Positions 36,856 through 43,204 of a stretch of 43,204 nt of DNA are shown piece by piece. The stretch's first letter is position 1. Every line of letters starts with the position of its first letter. The stretch is from Thermofilaceae archaeon (GTDB lineage: Archaea > Thermoproteota > Thermoprotei > Thermofilales > Thermofilaceae), in the NCBI GenBank assembly GCA_038727095.1, contig JAVYWK010000016.1:1-43204 (forward strand), written 5' to 3'. Below the pieces are notes generated by a model. That model ran no database searches, was not told where the DNA came from, and saw only the letters and a list, made by a program, of their open reading frames with translations. The translations under genes were made by a program, and so were the position numbers.

Positions 36856-37398
36856 CTAACCGCTTAATCTTTTCCTCCTGAGCCCGCGCCCTCCCGCAGG
36901 TTCGGAAGGGGTCCAGGAGCGCCCAGCTACGTACAAGTACAGCTTGTGTAAATGAACGCTACCCGACGGTAGCGTGACTGAGACGAGAGGCTTAACGCTC
37001 GGTAGTGGGTGATCGTGCAGGATGATACGGCACCCCTCCTTACATTCTGAGATGAGCTTTAGCTCAAGCCGTCTCGTAACGCTGGGCGACGGATAGCAGT
37101 AGATGACGTCGAAGGGTTCAACGTTGAAGCTGAAAAGGTCTCCGTGAATTATTGAAGCGAGACCGTAAACCCCAGCTAGACGGACCTCCCTCAACGCCAG
37201 CCTCACGAGAAGCGGGTTGAGCTCCACGCCTACAGCCTGCGCGCCGAACTCTTTCACCGCTATTATCAACACCCTCCCATCACCGCAGCCCAGATCCACG
37301 AAGAGCTCGCCCGGCTTCAGCTCCGCGAGGGTCAACGCTGTCCTGATTACCGAGTCCGGGCTTGGTAGAAACGGTAGCTCCGCAAGCTCGCGGAGCAC
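36856..37398 (-). CDS. Class I SAM-dependent methyltransferase
   Basis: PFLPSP, VDLGCGDGR, GVELNP, GDLF. Confidence 0.88.
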   Translation of the reverse strand: MLRELAELPFLPSPDSVIRTALTLAELKPGELFVDLGCGDGRVLIIAVKEFGAQAVGVELNPLLVRLALREVRLAGVYGLASIIHGDLFSFNVEPFDVIYCYPSPSVTRRLELKLISECKEGCRIILHDHPLPSVKPLVSVTLPSGSVHLHKLYLYVAGRSWTPSEPAGGRGLRRKRLSG

Positions 37399-37421
37399 AA
37401 TAGAGAGGGTGGCTCCGCCTT

Positions 37422-38351
37422 TTAAAGAGTGAGGGGGAGGTACGCGAGGATGAGCACTGAAATTACGAGGGCGGCAGCTGCGATGAGCGTCGGCTTATCG
37501 TTGAGGATCACCTCGTGAGGGTGCTCGCCAACCCCTTTCTCCATCGCTAACGTGTATCTGAGCAGGAAGAAGGCCATAACCGGTATGGTGGGCACAAGTC
37601 TTCTCCCCAAAGGTACTTCTGCGCAGTATATGGCGTACGTCACTATCGTCATGGCCGCAGCCATACTCAAAGCTTGATCCAACCACTTCTCGTTGTACGC
37701 TTTAAGCACGCTTCTCGCAGAAGAACCCGCGATTGTAAGCTCTGCTTTCCGCTTGCTAAGCGCCAGGAAGAGCGCTAGGAAGAAGAAGCCCGAAACAAGC
37801 CAGGGGGATGCTTCAACTCCAATGAGGACGGCTCCCGAAACTACGCGGATCAGGTAGTTCACCGCTATCGCCGTAACATCGACCACCTCAACCCTTTTCA
37901 AGAGCAAGCTGTAGAGCAGCGAGAGGCAGATAAACATCGCGACAAGCAGCGCGAAAAGCGGGTTAAGAGTCAGCGAGAGCGCTAGAGAGGCCGCAGACAG
38001 GAGGGCGCTTAGGGAGGCGGCTTCCCGAGTAGATACCTGGCCCGACGGTAGGGGCCTGTTCCTCTTCCGGGGGTGCAGCTTGTCCGACTCGATGTCCCTA
38101 ATGTCGTTGAAGATGTAGATAGAGCTTGAAGCAAGGGATAGCGATACGAAGCCTAGAGCCAGCGGCGGATAAACGCTGGGGTCGACTAGCTTTAACGCGA
38201 ATACGGCCGGCACCATTACTAACCCGTTCTTGTACCATTGCTCAACCCTCATGAGCTTGAGGTACACTTTCGTTCTCTTACGCACCACGCAGCGGGGGAA
38301 CCGATCGAGGATTAAAGCTTGCCTCACTAGGAGGTCCAAACGATGTTTCAT
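37422..38351 (-). CDS. UbiA-family, decaprenyl-phosphate phosphoribosyltransferase-like membrane enzyme (true start probably 20-33 codons downstream)
   Basis: RVEQWYKN, YIFNDIRDIESDKLHPRKRNRPLPSG, YSLLLK, SPWL, KRKAEL. Confidence 0.85.
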   Translation of the reverse strand: MKHRLDLLVRQALILDRFPRCVVRKRTKVYLKLMRVEQWYKNGLVMVPAVFALKLVDPSVYPPLALGFVSLSLASSSIYIFNDIRDIESDKLHPRKRNRPLPSGQVSTREAASLSALLSAASLALSLTLNPLFALLVAMFICLSLLYSLLLKRVEVVDVTAIAVNYLIRVVSGAVLIGVEASPWLVSGFFFLALFLALSKRKAELTIAGSSARSVLKAYNEKWLDQALSMAAAMTIVTYAIYCAEVPLGRRLVPTIPVMAFFLLRYTLAMEKGVGEHPHEVILNDKPTLIAAAALVISVLILAYLPLTL

Positions 38352-38671
38352 CCGTAAAGGGGGGTGAGCTCCTCAGTTGAGCCACGCTTGTCAGCGCAAC
38401 CACCCTTCATCCAACCGAGTTTTCCGAGTCTTTGATCAGCTGCAAACATCGTTAACGAGCGGGTCGAAACAACCCCGAGCGGAAACCTAGTATCGAGCTT
38501 GGATCCCGCGTGCTACAGGGAAGTGCTTGAAGGTTGCAAAAATCCCATCCTCAGCCATTCTCATCTGAAAAGCCGGGAAAGGGGACGAGTTAGCCCGCCG
38601 GTTGAGCCATAGTGTGGATCCGTAAACAGAGCCCTCAATCCTCTGCAGCGCGAAACAGCGATTCGCGTTCG

Positions 38672-41587
38672 TTAGGTTACAACAATAATAGCTGGTCTCC
38701 CCGGAAGTGGTACTTTCTCTCGAGGCGAGGCTTCCTCCTCGGAGTACACCTTAACTTGAACGCCAAGTTCTCTCTGGTAGAACTCCGCTGCGCTCTTCAG
38801 AGCTCGCAGCTCGAGCTCGTAAGGTAATGCCCACTGAATCAGGGATGGGTTCTTGAAGTAGGCCTCAGCGAGTTTCGAAGCTTGTCTCCGCCTCTGAGGG
38901 TCGAGCTCACCCATCGCGCTGCGGATGGCGTCCCTTACACTTGCGCCAGCTGCGACGCGCTCACCTACTTTCCGGGCAAACGCGTGCTTCCAGGGTGCCG
39001 CCACGATTATCTCAACGGCTTTTGGAGCCTCTCTGATCAAGCCTAGGATTTCCTTGACATCTTCGAGCACTCTTCGAACCTCCTCTTCCGCAGCTTCTGC
39101 TTCAGGCTTTACTCGAGAAGCGTCAGAGCTCGGCCAGGGTGCGAGGCTTACGAAGCCAGGCTTCCCAAGCTTCTCCCAGATTTCCTCGCAGATGTGGGGG
39201 GCGATGGGCGCTAGGATCAGCGTCTGGTACTCGATGAACCGCTTCAGCAGCTCCCTGTTTGGCTCTTCACACCTTCTCAAGTACCATCTGAAGTGGTTTT
39301 GCAGGTTGAAGAAGCCCTCGACCAACTCATCCTTAAAATCGCCCCGTTCCATCGCCTCCTCCACCTTCATCAACGTGCGGTGCAGCACGCTCTCGAACCA
39401 CTCATCGATCGGCAACCACTCCTCCCTTCCCAAACCGTAGTTCTTCACTGCGAACTCGTACCATTCGACCAGCAGGTCGACCGCTCTATCGGCTACCTCC
39501 GGCTCGAAGTTCGCATCGTCTAGGCCGGAGTTCCCCGCGTAGGCTTCAGCGAATCTTGTTGCATCGGCGCCCCACCACTCGAGAGCCTCGCGGAGGAGGA
39601 TGAAGTTCCCCTTGGACTTCGACATTTTCTCTCCGGCAACGTTAACCCAACCGTTGACTCCGATACCTCTAGGCCAGTGCTCCGGCGGGAAGATGGCGAC
39701 GTGATGCATGATGAAGAAGACCAGGTGGTTCGGCATCAGATCCTTACCTGAGATCCGCATGTCAACGGGGTACCAGTAGAGGAACTCCCTACGTATCTGC
39801 TCTACCAGCTCGACGCTTACGCCCAGCTTTGCTGCTACCCCCCTCGGGTCCCCTATGCCCAGTAGCACGTAGTCGAAGAAGCTATCATCGAGTCGCTCCC
39901 AGCTCAAACCGTACTGCTCCGGGTGCTGGAGGTACTTAGCCAGCACATAGTAAGCCATGTAGATGGTGGAGTCACTCAGCGACTCGAGAACCCACTCGGG
40001 GTCCCACGGCAGGGGCGTTCCGAGCTCCCCCTTGTGCGTGCAGGCCCAGTCATTGTACCAGTCGATCTGCCTGTGGAAGTACTCTCTGATGCCCTCGGGC
40101 AGGAACCTCATAGAATCCACGCACTTGTGAGCCAGCATTTTCCACTCGGGATCGCTATACTTCAGGAACCACTGATCCTCAACGATCTTAACGTGGGTTC
40201 TCGACCCACACCTGCAAAAGACGGGTCTCGGTAACGTGAAGTGCCTCAAGGCGATGCCCCTCTCGACCAGATCGTTAAGCACTTCCTCCTTTGCCTGTGC
40301 CACTGTCTTTCCAGCCCACTTGCCGAAGACCTCGGTCAGAACTCCGTTGTAGTACTCCTTCGTGTATATCTCGCGCGTCGCTTCGTCGAGCAGCTCCCCA
40401 TCATGCTGGCTCTTGACCCCCAGCCGTTGAACGACGGTCTCCGCTGGCACATCGCCGTATCCCTCCAGCCTTATGATCGGTACTGGCTTGATCCGCTCGA
40501 CTAGATTCCTATCCACACCGTACTTTTCAGCAAGCCCTCTTTTCAGATCCATCAGCGCTGCGTAATCGTACGGGGCGTGAGCGGGGACCGACATGACGAT
40601 ACCCGTCCCTTGCTCGGGTTCGACGAAAGTGGCGGGAAGAACGGGAATGCGCCAGCCGGTTACCGGGTTGATAGCCCAGCGCCCCACCAGCTCCCTACCG
40701 CTCACTTTACCCACGATCCTGACGCTGTGCCCCTGGTCTCTCAGCTCGTCAACGCCGTATCCGCCAATAACCCACAGCTCACCATCCACTTCAGCCAGGG
40801 TGTAGTCGTAGTCGGGGTGCACCCATATGTTCACAGCGCCGTAGACCGTTTCAGGCCTGTACGTCAGGCAGGGGTAGGTCAGGCCGTCCTCGCCCCTATA
40901 CTTGATGATGGCAACCTCCTCCGGCCCGATCCCTGCGTACTCGTCGGGGCGATCGTGATCGCCAACCACCTTCTTCTCCTTCGGGCACCACACGACAGGG
41001 TGGGTACCCTTAACCAGAAGCCCCTTGTCTAGGAGCTTCTTGTACTGCCACTGGATGAACTTGCTGTATGGCGGGTTCAGGTAGGTGGTATGGAACTCTC
41101 TCCTCCAATCGATCGAGAGCCCGAAGCGCTGGAAGTCCTTCTTCCACTCCTTGCAGAAGAACCGTACCCAGTACTCGGGCTTGGAGAACTTCGGGATCTC
41201 CTCGTCTGGGATCCCCATGAGCCTTAAGATCTCTATCTGCCTGGGATCACCCTCCCTCACCCTGAGAGCGGCGGCCACGATGGGGCTACCGGTTGCATGC
41301 CAACCCTGGGGGAAGAGTACGTTGAACCCCTTCATCCTCTTGTACCTGGCCATAACGTCGTTGCGGAGCACCGTGAAGGCGCTGCCGAGGTGAGGGTAAG
41401 CGTTGACGTAGGGGTAGGGAAACGTGATGAAGAACTTCGGCTTCCCCTCAATGGGCTCCGGCTCGAAGATCCTGGCTTCACGCCACCGGCTCTGCCACTT
41501 TTCCTCTATACGCTTGAGGAACTCGACCCTCTCCTTGTTTGCCCTAGGTTTGATCGCGCGAGCAATCGACACCGCCGAAACCCCCAC
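38672..41587 (-). CDS. leuS: Leucyl-tRNA synthetase, archaeal type
   Basis: FPYPYVNAYPHLGS (HIGH), TYRPET and GTGIVMSVPAHAPYD (CP1 editing domain), ESLSDSTIY, GKDLMPNHL, KMSKSKGN. Confidence 0.96.
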   Translation of the reverse strand: MGVSAVSIARAIKPRANKERVEFLKRIEEKWQSRWREARIFEPEPIEGKPKFFITFPYPYVNAYPHLGSAFTVLRNDVMARYKRMKGFNVLFPQGWHATGSPIVAAALRVREGDPRQIEILRLMGIPDEEIPKFSKPEYWVRFFCKEWKKDFQRFGLSIDWRREFHTTYLNPPYSKFIQWQYKKLLDKGLLVKGTHPVVWCPKEKKVVGDHDRPDEYAGIGPEEVAIIKYRGEDGLTYPCLTYRPETVYGAVNIWVHPDYDYTLAEVDGELWVIGGYGVDELRDQGHSVRIVGKVSGRELVGRWAINPVTGWRIPVLPATFVEPEQGTGIVMSVPAHAPYDYAALMDLKRGLAEKYGVDRNLVERIKPVPIIRLEGYGDVPAETVVQRLGVKSQHDGELLDEATREIYTKEYYNGVLTEVFGKWAGKTVAQAKEEVLNDLVERGIALRHFTLPRPVFCRCGSRTHVKIVEDQWFLKYSDPEWKMLAHKCVDSMRFLPEGIREYFHRQIDWYNDWACTHKGELGTPLPWDPEWVLESLSDSTIYMAYYVLAKYLQHPEQYGLSWERLDDSFFDYVLLGIGDPRGVAAKLGVSVELVEQIRREFLYWYPVDMRISGKDLMPNHLVFFIMHHVAIFPPEHWPRGIGVNGWVNVAGEKMSKSKGNFILLREALEWWGADATRFAEAYAGNSGLDDANFEPEVADRAVDLLVEWYEFAVKNYGLGREEWLPIDEWFESVLHRTLMKVEEAMERGDFKDELVEGFFNLQNHFRWYLRRCEEPNRELLKRFIEYQTLILAPIAPHICEEIWEKLGKPGFVSLAPWPSSDASRVKPEAEAAEEEVRRVLEDVKEILGLIREAPKAVEIIVAAPWKHAFARKVGERVAAGASVRDAIRSAMGELDPQRRRQASKLAEAYFKNPSLIQWALPYELELRALKSAAEFYQRELGVQVKVYSEEEASPREKVPLPGRPAIIVVT

Positions 41588-41599
41588 TTAGCAGCTCCT

Positions 41600-42304
41600 T
41601 TAACTCTTACGTTGATCGAGCTCAGGCGCCCTGTAACGCTCGACTTCCTCCAGGAGCCTCCAGGGGCCATCCTCAATGCAAGGGTTCCGCTTGCCCTGCT
41701 CAATCCTCCAGAAGACGCAGGAACCCCCCCACTCCCAGAGGGGCTTCTCGCTTAGCCTCACTCCGGCTTTCTCGATCTCTTCTATCTGCCGCGGCAGGCT
41801 GGTCCTTTCCGCAACTCTAACTCCAAGCTTCCGAAGGGTTGAGCCAACGTAGTTGTTGAAGCCCACTCTAGCTCTGTAAAGCACGTACCTTTTCGCGTCA
41901 TCGATCCCTTCCAGGGGCACTACCCTGGAATCGAAGATCAAGCTGCGCCCTAGCGCCAGTGAGACTGAAGCCGAGAGGATGGAAGCGGAGATGCTGACGA
42001 GCTTCTCAACTCTCCCTGCGTAGGGGACCGATGGGCCGAGGAGCAGAAGGTTCACCTCGTCGCTGATCACGTAAGCTCCGCTCGCCGAAAAGCGCGTTAA
42101 AAGCTTGACTGCACCCTCAACGAGGGCTTTATGGACCCGGTAGTCGCGCGGCTCTTCGAAGCCCGCGAGGGACTTTCCAAAGCCGACACCATCTAACCTC
42201 AGCGCGAAGGGCAGGGGTACTCTGCTCTCGACGGCTGCTTCTCTCGTCTTGAAGCGCCTTTCCAGCTCTGGGACGTTGACCTCCAGCAACTCCCTGTAGC
42301 TCAT
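41600..42304 (-). CDS. thg1: tRNA(His) guanylyltransferase Thg1-like protein
   Basis: RLDGVGF, ISDEVN (metal-binding carboxylates), GRVEKLVS, FDSRV. Confidence 0.88.
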   Translation of the reverse strand: MSYRELLEVNVPELERRFKTREAAVESRVPLPFALRLDGVGFGKSLAGFEEPRDYRVHKALVEGAVKLLTRFSASGAYVISDEVNLLLLGPSVPYAGRVEKLVSISASILSASVSLALGRSLIFDSRVVPLEGIDDAKRYVLYRARVGFNNYVGSTLRKLGVRVAERTSLPRQIEEIEKAGVRLSEKPLWEWGGSCVFWRIEQGKRNPCIEDGPWRLLEEVERYRAPELDQRKS

Positions 42305-42355
42305 CCAATCCTAATGCGGATAACCATTTTTACCTCTAATCGTTGCGTAACACCG

Positions 42356-43204
42356 ATGGGGAAGCTTGGCGTAGCTGTTATCGGCTGCGGCTTTATTGGG
42401 AACGTCCACCTCAGAGCCTGGCGGAAGGTTGAAGGTGCTGATGTACTCGCCGTCGTCGATATAATCGAGGGTAGAGCTAAGAAGGCAGCGGAGGACTTTA
42501 AGGTACCGCGCCGCTACACCGACTACACGAAGGTGCTCGAGAGCAAGGATGTGGATATAGTCGATATCTGCACCCCAACCTATACTCACGCGGAGATCGC
42601 GATCGCGTCAGCAAAGAGCGGGAAGCATGTACTAGTTGAAAAGCCGATAGCGCTACGCTTACGCGACGCTGACGAGATGATCAGGGCCGCTAGGGGCTCT
42701 GGCGTGAAGTTCATGGTGGCTCACTGCCTCCGGTTCTGGCCCGAGTACGTGGAAGCTAAGCGCCTCGTTGAAGGCGGGGATCTGGGAGAGCCCAGGATTG
42801 CAAGGGCGCACAGGCTCTCACCCTTCCCGGAGTGGGCGCTGTGGCACAAGGATCGAAGGCTCAGCGGCGGCGTGTTTGTTGACATGAGCATTCACGACGT
42901 AGACTTCCTACGCTGGGCTTTAGGCGACGTAGAGGAGGTTTTCGCTAGAGGGGGCACGTTGAGGACTCCCGATTCCACGTCGCACGACTACACGCACGCT
43001 ATACTCAAGTTCAAGAACGGCGCGATAGCCTACGTTGAAGGCTCATGGATTCAGCCGCCCGGTTTTCCCTTCACTACGTACCTCGAAATCGTGGGGACGA
43101 GAGGTATGATAGCGGTCGATAACCAATCGCCTGTGGCACTTAGGGTTTGCAGACCGGGTGAACCTCCAATCGCGCTTACACCGTTCGAGGACGATGCCTA
43201 CGAT
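42356..43204 (+). CDS. Gfo/Idh/MocA family oxidoreductase, runs off the right edge
   Basis: Not in the ORF track. ATG 42356 gives MGKLGVAVIGCGFIGNVH...DICTPTYTH...HVLVEKP...SGGVFVDMSIHDVD. Confidence 0.9.
   Translation, partial: MGKLGVAVIGCGFIGNVHLRAWRKVEGADVLAVVDIIEGRAKKAAEDFKVPRRYTDYTKVLESKDVDIVDICTPTYTHAEIAIASAKSGKHVLVEKPIALRLRDADEMIRAARGSGVKFMVAHCLRFWPEYVEAKRLVEGGDLGEPRIARAHRLSPFPEWALWHKDRRLSGGVFVDMSIHDVDFLRWALGDVEEVFARGGTLRTPDSTSHDYTHAILKFKNGAIAYVEGSWIQPPGFPFTTYLEIVGTRGMIAVDNQSPVALRVCRPGEPPIALTPFEDDAYD

Noticed and set aside
42311-42589. 92-aa minus-strand ORF
   Set aside because: Antisense to the edge-truncated Gfo/Idh/MocA gene starting at 42356.
1-43204. CRISPR arrays, tRNA/rRNA genes, transposases, integrases, and the many nested alternative-frame ORFs
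   Set aside because: No regularly spaced repeats, cloverleafs or mobile-element motifs seen by eye; nested ORFs lie inside well-supported genes and are expected in GC-rich coding DNA.

Overview
A gene-dense archaeal chromosome segment. The gene set (NikR, XPB-Bax1, archaeal LeuRS, Thg1, Sfm1-like SPOUT, M42/TET), TATA boxes 22-30 nt before start codons and a C/D-box-like sRNA point to a hyperthermophilic crenarchaeon; Thermofilaceae-like is my inference. It holds about 42 CDS: amino-acid metabolism (thrB, metB, polar amino-acid ABC transporter with a divergent ACT-domain protein), carbohydrate catabolism (GH36, GH29, BadF-type kinase, three Gfo/Idh/MocA oxidoreductases, FGGY kinase, 2-hydroxyacid dehydrogenase, HpcH aldolase, GalT), DNA repair, tRNA and nucleotide enzymes. 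I found no CRISPR array, tRNA, rRNA or mobile element. The best candidate for an uncharacterised system is a coupled gene pair at 13553-19977: an OPT-like polytopic membrane protein plus a ~1500-aa fusion of a degenerate M28/PA peptidase ectodomain to a MacB/FtsX-type permease, with no ATPase gene nearby. Missing from the ORF track: a ribosomal protein L35Ae gene broken by an apparent microhomology deletion (3000-3204), a probable double-guide C/D sRNA (12696-12750, minus), and two edge-truncated genes. Several enzymes show substituted catalytic or cofactor motifs. All family assignments come from motif recognition by eye, not database searches.
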